NCBI RefSeq assembly: GCF_009914755.1 | Contig: NC_060925.1 | Length of the DNA stretch: 64,000 nucleotides | Source of the DNA: the human T2T-CHM13v2.0 reference genome, Homo sapiens | Direction: 5' to 3' (one strand) | Part shown: positions 13,651 to 31,025 of the stretch, piece by piece | Layout: each line of letters begins with the position of its first letter | Numbering within the stretch: the first letter of the stretch is position 1 | The notes under the pieces: model-generated | Told to the model about the DNA's origin: nothing | What the model saw: the letters and a program-made list of their open reading frames with translations, nothing else | Database searches by the model: none | Position numbers and translations under genes: made by a program

Positions 13651-14279
13651 TGGCAACACAAAGAGTTTTTTTGTTTGTTTGTTTGTTTGTTTTCTCGTCA
13701 GTCTGAGGCCTCTTCCAGGGTTCTTAATCTCCAGTCCAGCTTTTAGCATCTTTTAGAATTTGCACTATCATTTTCTTTCTTGCATTTTCAAGTTTACTTT
13801 CAATTGTCTCCTTCCTTCCTTAGACATATATGCTCTTCTCTCTCTCATCTTAAACTGACTCACAGTACTCTGTCCCCTAGCAAGCTCTCTTAATTGCCAA
13901 AATCAATGCATTCTGTTCATCAGCTATGTTTAGTGATATCATTTTAATGTTTGACAATGTTGAGTCCATTTTGGGGGAAACACTTCTCTTGAGTTACTAG
14001 CAGGCCATTTTTCTCTGCTAATATTCCTCCTTTTTTGTTTCTTGGTCATCTTTATTCACCCTGCTTAAATATTAGTGTTTCCCAGGATTTGGTTCTTGGT
14101 CCTCTTATCTCCTCTTTTTTACAACCTCAACCCCAGAAATCTCATTTTCTCTCACACCACTATAGTGCTAATGACTCCAGGGTCTATATATGTGATCCAA
14201 ACTAGTGTGAGAGTATGGCTTGCTCTCTGTCTTCATTCAGGTATGTTTTTGTTGTTGCTGTTGTTCACATGATAGCTCC

Positions 14280-16653
14280 TTATATGGTTTGGCTTTGTGT
14301 CCCCACTCAAATCTCATGTTGAATTGTAATTCTCAATGCTGGGGAAGGGACCTGGTAGGAGGTAATTTGATCATGGGGGTGAATTTCTCCCTTGCTGTTC
14401 TCATGATATGAGTGAGTTCTCACAAGATCTGGTTGTTTAAAAGTGTGCAGCACTTCCCCCTTTACTCTCTCTCTCTCTCTCTCCTGCTCCACTATGGTAA
14501 GACATGCTTGCTTCACCTTTGCCTTCTGCCATGATTGTAAGGTTTCTGAGGCCTTCCGGCCATGCTTCCTGGACAACCAGTAGAACTGTGAGTCAAATAA
14601 ACATCTTTTCTTTGTAAATTACCCAGTCTCAGGTAGTACTTTATAGCGGTGTGAGAACAAACTTATACAGAAAATTGGTACCAGAGAAGTGGGATATTGC
14701 TATAAAATACCTGAAAATGTGGATGTGACTTTTGAACTGAGTAATGGGCAGAGGTTGGAACAGTTTGGAGGGCTCAGAATTAAGACAGAAAAATGTGGGA
14801 AAGTTTGAAACTTCCTAGAGACTTGTTGAATGGTTGTGACCAAATGCTGATAGTGGTATAAATGGTAAAGTCCAGGCTGAGGTGGTCGCAAGTGGAAACG
14901 AGGAACTTATTGGGAACTAGGTAAAGGTAATTCTTGCTATGCTTTAGCAAAGAGACTGGCAGCATTGTGTCCCTGCTCTAGAGATCTGTGGAATTTTGAA
15001 CTTGAGAGAGATGATTTAGGGTATCTTGCAGAAGTTTCTAGGCATCAAAACATTCAAGATTTGACCTGGCTGCTTCTGGTAGCATATGCTCATATGCATT
15101 TGCAAAGAGATGGTCTGAAATTGGAACTTATATTTAAAAGGGAAGCAGAGCATAAATGTTTGGAAAATTTGCAGCTTGACCAGGTAGTAGAAAAGAAAAA
15201 CCCATTTTCTGGGGAGAAATTCAAGGCTGCAGAAATTTGCATAAGTAAAGAGGAACCAAATGTTAATAGCCAAGACAATGGTGAAAACACCTCAAGGGCA
15301 TTTCAGAAACCTTCACAGCAGCCCCTCTCATCACAGGCCTGGAGGCTAGGAAAGAAAAAATGATTTTGTGGGCCATCCCGGGGCCCCACTGCTCTGTGCA
15401 GCCTTGGGACACGGTGCCCTGTGTCCCAGCTGCTCCAGTTTCAGCCATGGGGGAAAAGGGACCAAGGTACAGCTTGGGCCCTTGCTTCAGCAGGTGCAAT
15501 CTTCAAGCCTTGGAAACTTCTGCATGGTGTTGGGCCTGTGGGTGCACAGAAAGCAAAAGTTGAGGTTTGGATCCTCTGCCTAGATTTCAGAAGATGTATG
15601 GAAACACCTGGATGTTCAGGCAGAATTCTGTTGCAGGGGCAGAGCCCTCATGGAGAACCTCTACTAGAGCAGTGTAGAGAGGGAAGGTGGGGTTGGAGCC
15701 CCCATGCAGAGTCCCCACTGGGGCATTGCCTAGTGGAGCTGTGAGAAGAAGGCCACCATCTCCAGACACCAGAATGATAGAACCACTGACAGCTTGCATT
15801 GTGCACCTGGAAAAGCTGCAGGCACTCAATGTCAGCCTGTGAAAGCAGCTGCAGGAGCTATACTCTGCAGAGCCACAGGGACAGAGCTACCCAAGGCCTT
15901 AGTAGCCCACCTCTTGCATCAATGTGCCCCAGATATGAGAAATGGAGTCAAAGGAGATCATTTTGGAGCTTTAAGATTTAACTACTGCCCTACTGGGTTT
16001 GGACTTGCATGGAAACTGTAGCCCCTTTATTCTGGCCAATTTCTCTCTTTTGGAATGGGAATATTTACCCAATGTCTATACCTCCATTGTACATTGGAAA
16101 TAATTAACTTGTTTTTGATTTTACAGGCTCATAGGTGGAAAGGACTTGCTTTGTCTCAGATGAGACTTTAGACTTGGACTTTTAATATAATGCTGGAATG
16201 AGTTAAGACTTTGGGAGACTGCTGAAAAGGCATGACTATGTTTTGAAATTTGAGAAGGACATGAGATTTGGGAGGGGCCAGGGGCAGAATGATATGGATA
16301 GGCTTTGTGTCCCCACCCAAATCTCATGTTTAATTGTAAACCTCAGTGTTGGAGGAGGGGCCTTGTGGGAGGTGATTGGATCATGGTGGTGGATTTCCTA
16401 CTTGCTAGTCTCATGATAATGAGTACGTTCTCACAAGATCTGGTTGTTTAAAAGTGTGTAGAACTTCCCCACTTCTCTCTCTCCTGCTCTAGCCACGTAA
16501 GATGTGCTTGCTTTCCCTTCATCTTCCAACATGATTGTAAGTAAGTTTCCTGAGGCCTCCTATACAGCCTGTGGAGTCAATTAAACCTCTTTTGTTAATA
16601 AATTACCTGGTCTGAGGTAGTTCCTTATAGCAGTGTGAGAATGGAGTAATAAA
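14280..16653 (+). mobile_element. MSTA-like MaLR provirus (LTR 14280-14669, internal 14670-16289, LTR 16290-16653)
   Basis: Two homologous LTRs; internal start 'gaaaattggtacc'; polypurine tract 'gggaggggccaggggcagaa' before the 3' LTR; decayed internal ORF remnant 14965-15363. Confidence 0.92.
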
Positions 16654-16796
16654 AATCATCAGAGAGGAATTCTCTGTCTAGACAATAAGAAAATGACACC
16701 ACTGCCCACTGCCTAAATTTGCAAATTTCTCCCCCCACTTTTAAGATGTATCACCACCTGACTTTATAATCTATATTCATTTAATTGACTTCAAAC

Positions 16797-20207
<3,411 letters not shown>

Positions 20208-20209
20208 GT

Positions 20210-20560
20210 GTCATTCAGCATTGTTTCATGAATGCCTCCTATGTTCCAGGCTGTATTCTCAGTGCTGGGAAAGTAGCACCAGACAGATTCCAACAGACAG
20301 AAATCCTTGCCTTCAATGAGCTTATATTCTAGTTGAGAGAGAGAGACAAAGCAAGATATTAAGTAAGAAAACCATACAGTTCATCAACTAGTAATATGGT
20401 TGTTAAATATGAAATAGGAAAGAAGATGGTGAATAAAGGTAATGTTCAGCCTAAATCCAGGTGGTCAGGGGAGGTCTCTCCATGTAGAGGAACTTTGATG
20501 GAACGCCCAAAACAAGTTAGAACACTGGCCACCTGGGAGAGGAGCTCTCTAGGTGAGGAG
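20210..20560 (-). mobile_element. L2 3' end fragment
   Basis: 'tcattcagcattg...atgcctcctatgttccaggc...ccttgccttcaatgagcttatattctag'. Confidence 0.7.
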
Positions 20561-20805
20561 AAGAAAGTTCAGCTTCATCCTTTTCTTTCCTTCCTGTTCC
20601 TTATACTGTTACCAACACTACATTTAGACTATAGTCATTCTGAATTACTGTTTTATACCTCTGTATCATGGCTTATTAAACTCCTTCAGTTTGTAATCTT
20701 CATCTCCATTTATTTTTCTGGAAAATCTATCCTTTTGTAAATAGGGATGGTAACAGTTATGCCTACTTTGAGGGTTGCTGTGATAATTACATTAACTTAT
20801 ATATG

Positions 20806-21340
20806 TGTGGTGATTGATTTTATATTTCAACTTGACTGGGCCAAGGGGTGTCGAGATATTTGGTCAAACATTGTTCTGGGTGTTTCTGAAAGGGTAATTC
20901 TGGGTGAAATTAACATTTAAGTTGGTAGGCTTTAACATTAGATTGGATTAACATTTGAATCAGTAGAGTAAATCAGATCACCCTTCATAATGAGAGTGGG
21001 CTTCACCCAATTAATTGAAGTCTTAAATAGAACTAAATGATCAATCTTCCCCCATATAATAAATAATTCTCCAGTAGACAACCTTCAGAATTCATCTGCA
21101 CTGTTGGCTTTTCTAGGTGTCTTCATGCTGGCCTTCAGACTGGAACTGTCCCATTGGTTCTCTTGGGTTTTGAGCCTGCCAGCCCACACTGTGGATTTGA
21201 ACTTGTCAGTCTTCATAATTGCATGAGCCACTTCCTTATTATAAATCTCTCTCTCTCTTCACATACACATACACACACATGTGCAGACACACACAGAACC
21301 CTTTGGTTCTGTTTCTCCAGAGAACCCTGACTCTAATACA
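20806..21340 (+). mobile_element. MLT2 (MLT2C/D-like) ERVL solo LTR, inserted in a MIR remnant
   Basis: 'tcaacttgactgggccaagggg...tggttctgtttctccagagaaccctgact...aataca'; internal CT/CA microsatellite. Confidence 0.88.
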
Positions 21341-21439
21341 GTGAGTGGTACTTAGTAAGAGACATATCCAATTTTATTATTATCAAAATATAAATATCAA
21401 TCATATCATTTTCATTAAGGTAGCTCCTAAACCTATCAC

Positions 21440-21720
21440 AATCTGCTTGCCTAATTCACAATAATCCCTTAGGTCCCAGCTTCCCTCAGCCCCTCAGTCT
21501 GGAAAAATGCCCTTGCTATGGATTCTCCATACTTTCCCTAATACTGCTCTTTTATAATGAATTACAATTTCTTAATTATTTATCTGCATTCCAATCTAGA
21601 CTTTAAGCTTCTTGAGAGTGGGCACTGTCTCTGGTTTATTCTTTTATCCCTGACACTAGCTCTCTGACTTGCATATGGTAATAGCCCAATACATATTTAT
21701 TTAGTAAGTTAATTAGTTAC
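21440..21720 (+). mobile_element. L2 3' fragment
   Basis: 'ctagactttaagcttcttgagagtgggcactgtct...caatacatattt'. Confidence 0.6.
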
Positions 21721-21952
21721 CCAGAATTATATTCTACTCAAAGAGATATTGAAAAACCTACCATAAGGAAAACTTGTCTGAAATGATTTGATTTTTCAAG
21801 GCTTCAATGAGATCTGAAATTTCTTCAGTATACCTCCTTCTTTCTGTTTTTATTTCTGTTTATTCTTTCTACATAGAAAGTATACTTTTCCATACCAATT
21901 ACTAGTCTGACTGTATATTATTGTTAATAATGTATATCTCTGGGGATTTATA

Positions 21953-22317
21953 TTGTGTTAGTCAGAGTTAGGTTATGCTTAAGGGACATTAATCTTCAAA
22001 TCCTAGAGTCATAGCATAAGAAAGTTTTATTATTCTTTTAGTAACCCAGGCTAACAGAAGCTCCATCTACTTGCGGCTACAACAGAAGAACAAGTGGCCT
22101 CCAACGCCGTGGTACTGGCGGAAGAGAGATCCTGGAGAAATCTCACAGGCTTTTTGCTTCTCAACATGGAAAGGAGAGATACATGTCTTTTCTACCCTTT
22201 TCATTGGCTGTAATGAGTCACATGTCTCTACTCCCCTTGAAGCTCAGAAGTGCAGTCTTTGTGTCTAAAGTGGCAGAAGAACTGGATATTGATGAACATT
22301 AGTAATGCTTACCACGT
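21953..22317 (-). mobile_element. Old MLT1 (J/K/L-like) LTR
   Basis: 'tgttagtcagagttaggttatgct...tttcattggctgtaatgagtcacatg...actggatattgatgaaca'. Confidence 0.6.
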
Positions 22318-22919
22318 ATATTAACCCAGGTGTACACAGAGCCATGTAAAATTTGAGTCTCGCACTATGAAGTTCCAATCCAGATCCTATGGCTGGGTTT
22401 TAGAATGGCTATATCAATATAAATATTAAGAACCAAAGACCATATATTACAGATGCAATTTATTCTGATCTAGTGCTTAGAGCAGGACCAACAACTGTGG
22501 CACAAGTTTTCTAATTACAGTTCTGCAGGTTAGATAGTCAACTTGCTACAGTTTTCTTCTCATGGGCTTGAAGATGATCATTTCATACACAATTCGGTCA
22601 AATGTACTGACTTATCTCTATGCAAAAAATCCAGTTAATGTGTCAAGTATCATTTTGTCTATGAAGTTTCCTGCTAAATTTTATACCAACTATCTTGCAA
22701 TGGTTACAATTCCCTAAAATGTGTCTCAAGGACAGAAATTAAATCCTGGTCATCTTTATGTTTTTGACATATAACAGTACTTAAATTTTTTTTTTTTAAA
22801 CAGCTTTTTGAATGAGTAACTAAATAACTGAATAAGTGCCTATCTAAAAATAGTTACTTGTCATCTGAATCATTCTCCTTTACTGGCCAGTATCACTCCA
22901 TTTTTGGGGAGAAAAAGGG

Positions 22920-23175
22920 GGCAGTACGTCATGGTGGCTAGGAACAAGGACTTAGAAGGCAAGGTGATGTGGATTGGATGCCTGGCTCTGCTACTTGCCA
23001 GCCAAAGGTCTGTGGGCAAGGTTGTAACTTTCTCTAAGACACATCTGTAAAATTCAATCCATAGTGTTCCCATGAGGCTATTTTGAAGATTTGCTGAGAT
23101 AATTCTTACAAAGTGCTGAGCACAGCACCTGGCATCTAAAAGCCTTCAGTAAATGTTAGCTATTATTATTATTCT
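22920..23175 (+). mobile_element. MIR SINE, near full length
   Basis: 'cctggctctgctacttgcc...gggcaag...aagtgctgagcacagcacctggca...taaatgttagctattatt'. Confidence 0.8.
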
Positions 23176-23239
23176 GTAACTGGACTTTTGCAACTATTTC
23201 CTCAGGATTTAGGCAGGATAGTAAACACAAACGGTTGTA

Positions 23240-23410
23240 TATTTTACCCACATCTAGTCCTTGCAATAACTGTATGTTGCTCTTATTATTTTAATTTACA
23301 GAAATTGATTCCTGAAGTGGGTAAAAACTCACCCAAGGTCATGCAGCTGGTTGGTGGTAGAGCTGAGACTTGAACCCAGAACCAATGAACCCCTTGTCTC
23401 AATTACTTCT
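23240..23410 (-). mobile_element. MIR SINE fragment
   Basis: 'actcacccaaggtcatgcagctggttggtggtagagctgagacttgaacccag'. Confidence 0.7.
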
Positions 23411-23947
23411 TTAAAACTACAAGGGGGATCTTTTTGTTGCTATTTCTGTGGAGACACTTTTATCTTTATTAACATCTATCTGTTTGCTGAGCTAACAAAA
23501 ATAACTAAAATGGTTATTAAACTGAGCCACTACGACAAGTTTTTATTTTATTTGAGCTTATAACTTTTTAAATTCTAACTTGGAAGCCTACTTACACAAT
23601 GCAGAAAATACTTGGCTTTGTTATCACTCTCTAGAAATTTAATCACTACAACTATAAAATTATTATTAGTAACACTGGATTCCTGAAAGTTTGTGTAACT
23701 CTTAAGTTCTATTTTCCATTTTTATTAGCTATGTTTTATGCTGGGAGCATTCTTGGTCCCATTTTACCGTGTGGTAAACTAGTACAGAAGGGTCAATTTC
23801 TCTATATTACCCTTGAGTTGGTTGCAAAAGCAAGATTACAGTTACTCTGAAGCTCCAAGGTGTGGTGAATTACTTTACTACTATTTCGCCCACCCAGATT
23901 ATTCAGTTATGATCAACTAATTGCAAAATGGTAAATAAGAGTCATAC

Positions 23948-25518
23948 ATTTTTGTTCGTTTGTTTTTGTTTTTGTTTTATTTTACTTTAAGTTCCGGGAT
24001 ACATGTGCAAAACGTGCAGGTTTGTTACATAGGTATACGTGTGCCATGTTGGTTTGCTGCACCTATTGACCTGTCCCCAAAGTTCCCTCCCCTCATCCTT
24101 CACCCCACAGCAGGCACTGGTGTGTGATGTTCCCTTCCCTGTGTCCATGTGTTCTCATTGTTCAACTCCCACTTATGAGTAAGAACATGAGGTGTTTGGT
24201 TTTCTGTTCCTGTGTTAGTTTGTTGAGGATGATGGCTTCCAACTTCATCCGTCTCCCTGCAAAGGACATGATTCCTTTTTATGGCTTCGTAGTATTTCAT
24301 GGTGTATATATACCACATTTTCTTTATCCCTTCTATCACTGGTGGGCATTTGGGTTGGTTCCATGACTTTGCTATTGTAAATAGTGTTGCAATAACATAC
24401 GAGTGCTTGTGTCTTTATAGTACAATGATTTATATTCCTTTGGGTATATACCCAGTGATGGAATTGCTGGGTTGAATGGTATTTCTAGTTCTAGATCCTG
24501 AGGAATTGCCATGCTGTCTTCCAAAATGGTTGAACTTTTGCATTCCCACCAACAGTGTAAAAGTGTTTCTATCTCTCCACAGCCTCATCAGCATCTATTT
24601 ATAGATTCAGTGCTATTCCCATCAAAATACCATTGACATTCTTCACAGAATTAGAAAAAAAACTACTTTAAATTTCATATAGAATCAAAGAAAACCCTTT
24701 ATAGCCAAGACAATTCTAAGCAAAAAGAACAAGGCTGGAGGCATCACACTATCTGATTTTAAACTATATATAAGGCTATAGTAAACAAAACAGCATGGTA
24801 CTGCTACCAAAACAGAGGCGTAGACTAATGGGACAGAACAGAGAACTCGGAAATAACACCACACATCTATAACCATCTGATCTTTGACAAACCCGATAAA
24901 AACAAGCAATGAGGAAAGGATCTCCTGTTCATTAAACAGTGCTGGGAAAACTGGCTAGCCATATGCAGAAGCTGAAACTGGACCCTTTCTTTACACCTTA
25001 TACAAAAGTTAACTCAAGATGGATTGAGGACCTAAATGTAAAACGCCAAACCATAAAAACCCTAGAAGAAAACGTAGGCAATACCATTCAGGACATAGGC
25101 ATGGGGAAAGACTTCATGACTAAAACACCAAAAACAATTGCAACAAAAGCCAAAATTGACAAATGTGATCTAATTAAACTAAAGAGCTTCTGCACAGCAA
25201 AAGAAACTAGCATCAGAGTAAACAGGCAACTTATAGAATGGGAGAAAATTTTCACAACCTACCCATCTGACAAATGTCTAATATCCAGAATTTACAAGGC
25301 ACTTAAACAAATTCACAAGAAAAAACAAATCACCCCATCAAAAAGTGGGCAAAGGATATGAACAGGCACTTCTCAAAAGAAGGTATTTGCATGGCCAACA
25401 AACATATGAAAAAGCTCAACATCACTGATCATTAGAGAAATGAAAAATCAAAACCACAATGAGATACCATCTCATGCCCATCAGAATGGCGATTATTAAA
25501 ATGTCAAGAAACAACAGA
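23948..25518 (-). mobile_element. L1PA8-like element with 5' inversion (non-inverted part 23948-24596 on -, inverted part 24597-25518 on +)
   Basis: T-rich tail at left; orientation switch at 24596/24597; TSD AGAGTCATAC at 23938-23947 and 25516-25525; L1PA8-type shortened 3' UTR. Confidence 0.92.
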
Positions 25519-25525
25519 GTCATAC

Positions 25526-25640
25526 TTATTATTTCTATTTGCAGAAATTGGGTCCTGGAGTGGATAATAAGTAGCCCAAGATCATACAGCTGGTAAGTGG
25601 TAGAGCTGAGAATTGTGCTCAGAACCATTGGTACCAAGAC
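25526..25640 (-). mobile_element. MIR fragment
   Basis: 'gcccaagatcatacagctggtaagtggtagagctgaga'. Confidence 0.7.
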
Positions 25641-25799
25641 AGAAGTGTGATAATACTGACATGGCCCAGGGATTTTAAGCCTCATGCTTGAGTTATTTGA
25701 TTGGATTCATTTTTGTTCTTTTGTTCTACTGCTTATATCCAAGTCATTTCTTTCTCTTTCTTTCTCTCTTGCATTGTTAATAGGGCTCTCTTCCTCTCT

Positions 25800-25938
25800 T
25801 TCCTCAATTATAATGTACATTTCATGAGCATGGGAAGTTTTGTCTGTTTCATTTCCTATTGAACATCCAGAACAAAGAGTTTTGTGTGGCACACAGTAGG
25901 AACTAAATACATTAATAAACTTGTTGAATAGATTAATG
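25800..25938 (+). mobile_element. L2 3' end
   Basis: 'tggcacacagtaggaactaaata...tgttgaatagattaatg'. Confidence 0.65.
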
Positions 25939-26009
25939 TAGCCATTTTTGGGGGGGTCTAGAGCTGCAATGTCAAATGGTGAAAGCTTTGAATTTTAAGA
26001 AATACCTAA

Positions 26010-26486
26010 TGTTGATAGATGACTGCATGGTTGGCCTCATTCTTGTCTGTATCAAGACCTTTTGTCACGTGACCTTGCAGTTCCTCCCACTAATGGAGAG
26101 AAAATTATTTTCCCACCTTTTCACTTTAGGTTGAGCCACATGCTTTGTTTTGGTTAATAGAATGAGAAAGAAACAACATGGAATCACCTTGGACCTTAGA
26201 TCTCAAGAGGCTTTGCATGATTTCTTCTTTCTGTTTTGTGCCTTCACTATGAGCAGTAGATGGATTGGACAGCCTGATACTCCAAGGAAGATGAAAGGCA
26301 CAGGGAACAGGCAAGGACTACTTGCTGTCAGTGTGGAGCAGAGCGACCCCATGAGCCCAGCTCCACCAACTGAGCTCCAGCCAATACACAGACATTTAAG
26401 CAACAATAAACACATGTTGTTTTAAGCCACAGACTTTTGAGATATTTTGTTATGAAGTATTTTCACAGAAATTGTTAACCAATATA
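26010..26486 (+). mobile_element. MLT1 (G/H-like) MaLR solo LTR
   Basis: 'gtgaccttgcagttcctcccacta...aataaacacatgttgttttaagccac...aaccaatata'. Confidence 0.7.
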
Positions 26487-27924
26487 CCTAATTTACTGCT
26501 GATAATGCATTTAAGAATGTATATAAAATATTCTGTGATATCATATAAGTATACCACTGTCTGCATATAGTGATATGCCATCTGAGTTAACACATTCTGA
26601 TGTAGGTAAAGCCATAAAAATTAAACATAGATATAGTTAGATATATTTGAGCAATGCCAATGCATTTGGTACTGCTAAATTAAATGTTGCTGGAGGGTGA
26701 AGTTGTGGGGAAAACAAACAAATCTGATCTGCCCTCACTTGAAATTATTTAATGTATTATGGTTATTATAATACAGTATCACTTGAATGCTTATTCATGC
26801 AGAAGATGAGTAGGATAAGGAGGTAGCATAAATGCCAGTATATAATGATTTCTTTTTACTTCAGAAAATTAGATGATAAACATTGTGTACTCTTATAAAG
26901 TATGATGGAATTTTCCAATAATTTTCAAGAAAAAATATTTTAAAGATTTTCTAAAAATATATTTGATAAGAAAAGTATGCATAGATAAATTTCAGAGGCT
27001 CTTCTATTTCACCTGATAACTACTTGGAGTGAGCGTCACTATTCTTGGTAGCAGAGAGGAACAGATACTTCAAGAAAGGTATGATCAGCAAAAGACAGCA
27101 ATTTCCAGATGACTTCCTCAGGTCTTGTAAGAAATGAGATCTGGAATCCTGCAATGGAGAATGCCTTCCACATAGCCATGCCAACCAGTTAAGTGATAGA
27201 ACGTGATTCTGCAAAACAACAAACTTCTTTGTTGTGACTTACATGAAACAAGTAAGATGATCACCACGTGTAGTACCTAGGAAGTTCTCAAGTATATAGG
27301 CTGGTAAAATTTTTTTTTTTTTCAAGCTGCATTGATCTTCTGGTTTTATTCTTTCTTAAACTCCTTTCAACCTTTTCTTAGCTAAAGTGGAGTTAGCTAG
27401 ATTACTCATTACTGTTTATTAATGTGATATTTTGCATAAGAGTGCATGTGAAAACTTCTGCCAGCAGTGTCTAAGACTTACTGCATTTTTGTAGATGCAG
27501 ATGTGAAATGTACTTGAGCTCTTTCATATTAGCTTACTTTGTCACCCTATTAAGCAAGTTTATTTAATTTAGCTTAGGGGTTGGGGCTCCAAATTAGGAT
27601 TTAAACACTTATGTCCTCAAAGACATGGAATCTTTTACAAGGTCTTTTAAATAAATATGACTATGATTTATAATTCTTGATATGCATTTTACCACATATT
27701 ACCATTATTCAAGTATATTTAATTACCCTTTTTATTTTATAAAATTCAATGAAAACCTTATGATCTATTGTGCCTGACAGGATCATTATTTGTCCCAGAA
27801 CCTCTTGCCCACAAATTCAAATTTAATATAATTCTTATATAATATTCTTTTTCTTCCCCTCCTGCTCCCAGCCTCTTAAGCTAAATGATATGCCAAGTGA
27901 TGTTTTTAGCACATTAGAAAAATA

Positions 27925-28120
27925 GAAGGCACAGTGGTATAAAGGAATGAGCACAGGCTCTGCATTTATACAGACTTGCCCTAGATTTGTTATGTGACTT
28001 TGGACCCATGTAATCCCTCTATACCTCAGTTTCTACATTTGGAAAATAGTGGAATATCAAATTACATAAACATTACCCAGCATTAACTGCTTGTATATAG
28101 TAAGTGCTCAGTTAATATTA
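27925..28120 (+). mobile_element. MIR SINE
   Basis: 'tatgtgactttgg...ctcagtttct...atatagtaagtgctcagttaatatta'. Confidence 0.7.
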
Positions 28121-28221
28121 GATTCCTGGTCATTGGCACTGGGATCCTAAGGAAGCCAACTAACTAATTATACTCCCCTCTCCACGTTCTGAAAAAAATG
28201 ATAAATAGATACTTTCATCAC

Positions 28222-28690
28222 TGTGAAAGGAATATAAACTTTGGGGCCCCCTAAATCAGGAAGCTAAAGGGAAAAGTTAAGCTGGGAACTGCTTAGAGCA
28301 AACCTGCCTCCCACTCTATTCAAAGTCACCCCTCTGCTCACTGAGATAAGTGCATATCTGATTGCCTCATTTGGAGAGGCCAATCAGAAACTTGAAAGAT
28401 GCAACCAAATTCTCCTAACTACCTATGACCTGGAAGCCCCCTCCCCACTTCAAGTTGTCCCGCCTTCACCTTGAGTTGTCCCGTTTCTGGACTGAACCAA
28501 AGTACATGTTACACATTTTGATTGATGTCTCATGTCTCCCTAAAATGTGTGAAACCAAGCTGTACTACTACCACCTTGGCCACATGTCGTCAGGACCTCC
28601 TGAGGCTGTGTCACAAGTGTGCATCCTTGACCTTGGCAAAACAAACTTTTTAAATTAACTGAGAACTGTCTCATATTTGGGGGGTTTGCA
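28222..28690 (+). mobile_element. MER4A1-like ERV1 solo LTR
   Basis: TG...CA termini; 'tgtgaaaggaa...aagctgggaactgctta'; perfect 4-bp TSD TCAC at 28218-28221 and 28691-28694. Confidence 0.88.
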
Positions 28691-29602
28691 TCACTTAGGG
28701 TCAAATCATCCACCGATTCCCACTAAAATTTAATGGAGAATCTAATTTACATCTGAGGTTCAAATGGGCTCTCAGTAATCTTCATAGGATTTTATGGTAG
28801 GTTACTAACCTACATTGTTACAAGGTAGAGACTTCGATGTTTTCCTTTAAGAACAGAGCCTGCTTAGCCTGAGTAACCTTTCACCCTCGAGGAAGTAAGA
28901 ATGTGTACTTCCTAGGGGCAAGCTCTCTCCAAAGAGAGCCAAAAAAGGGGTAGAGCTATGTGCACTCATACTTCTTCTTTAACAATCTCTTTAGTTAAAT
29001 AATTCATGATTTCTTCCTATGGAAAAAGTAAGAGAGGTGGTGTAGGGAATAACAGAGGCTTTTTCTCAATACTTCCTATTTTGCAGGATACAAAGGAATT
29101 TGGATACAGGAAGGAAATTGTTCCCTTCTATAATATACAACCCCATGTATTAATATATTAATAAATGTACTAAAACGATAAACAGAGCTTACAGGCAGAC
29201 ATGATGAAATCCTCTAATTCTTTGCTACCTACTGAAACTTTTGGCTATGACTCAAGCCTGGCACATAATAAAGAGGTGGTAGAAACCATTGTGTCATGCT
29301 GCCTTTTGCTTTCAAGCTGATACTTACTTATCAAATTTTCCCTGATAATCATTGTCATCATGGTACTGTACCTTCAGTAATGTTGTAGGCATAGTCATGC
29401 TTAGTGTTCAGGGGCAAAGCAGACAGCACAGGTGTCTAAAAATATTGAGTGCTAGTATATGGTGCAAGGTGAGGAGACTGTGGTTTCAGGGACACATAGC
29501 AAGGCCAGTCCAGCAGGCAGAGTGGCATTCTGAAGGTATAGCAGTGGTGAGCCCTCCAGTACTGCCTCTCCAATGCACCGTCACAGCCTCCTGTACTTTC
29601 CT

Positions 29603-29840
29603 CATTTATTCATTCATTCACCTTGTATGTGCCAGACATTATTCTAGGTTTGGGGAATGGATCAGTGAACTACCTAAACAATAACAAAGTCTCTGCCCTT
29701 ATAGTGTTACCTCTCTGTCTTACAACTCTCCACTAGTTGTTAAGCTCATTTAGGGTAGAAATTGTGTTTCACTCATTGGTGAATCTCTACTGCTAGCACT
29801 GTGCCTAGGACTGCACTCAATACATGTTAAATTAAGGTTG
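29603..29840. mobile_element. Two L2 3'-end fragments in opposite orientation (- then +)
   Basis: 'cattcattca...atgtgccagacattattctagg' followed by 'taagctcatttagggtaga...ctagcactgtgcct...cactcaata'. Confidence 0.6.
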
Positions 29841-30042
29841 AACTCACTAATATTGATTAATGATATGTTCTGACACATGGACAAAGCAAGTAAAAGGGAT
29901 TCAAGTGGCGTTCTCTTTACATGTGAACCATGATATCTATGGTTTCCTGTTGTATTTATTTGTTTCATGTTGTCAAAATGTGAATAACATTGAGATATCC
30001 AAGGAGGGAGGTAGGTAATTGACATTTAAAAAAGTCTGTCAA

Positions 30043-30478
<436 letters not shown>

Positions 30479-31020
30479 CTAAAATTAAACACAAAATAAA
30501 AGACAATCATTTTATGTTAGCACTAGATGGCAGGGGAAGGCAGAGACCCACCACACTGCCTTCTTTAGATGGAGATCTCTGGGTAACTTAGAGAGGCACA
30601 GACTATGTCTGTGTGTTTGGGGTTCTTTGTGTATGTGGTTGACTTTTGTTTGATTTAGTCTTCAGAAAAAGGTGATCATAGTTTCTTTTGCTGATATATA
30701 TATCTGTTACCCCCTAATGGCATCCCTGAAGTTACAGTAATACCTATGTCAAAGAGAAGGCATTTGAGACAGAGGGGAAAATCAGCAGACCTTGCTAACC
30801 AGATCCCTTCCTTCCCCCACCCCTGAGAATGGATGTTTCCTGGCAATGGAGAAACTGGGCATCGTGCCACCATGGAGGTGCCTGGACTGTTTGTAACAAA
30901 CAGTTTCATTAGATTACCCACAATTTCTCGAGAGGTAATTCCATTAGACAGTGTTTATCAGTCATCATATGCTCTGCTTGTCATGACTCCCCTGTTCAGT
31001 AGCAGTAACACCCCCAGAAC

Positions 31021-31025
<5 letters not shown>

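Noticed and set aside
14965-16021. Cluster of 60-132 aa ORFs, also seen at 48023-48811
   Set aside because: These are fragmented MaLR internal remnants with stops and frameshifts.
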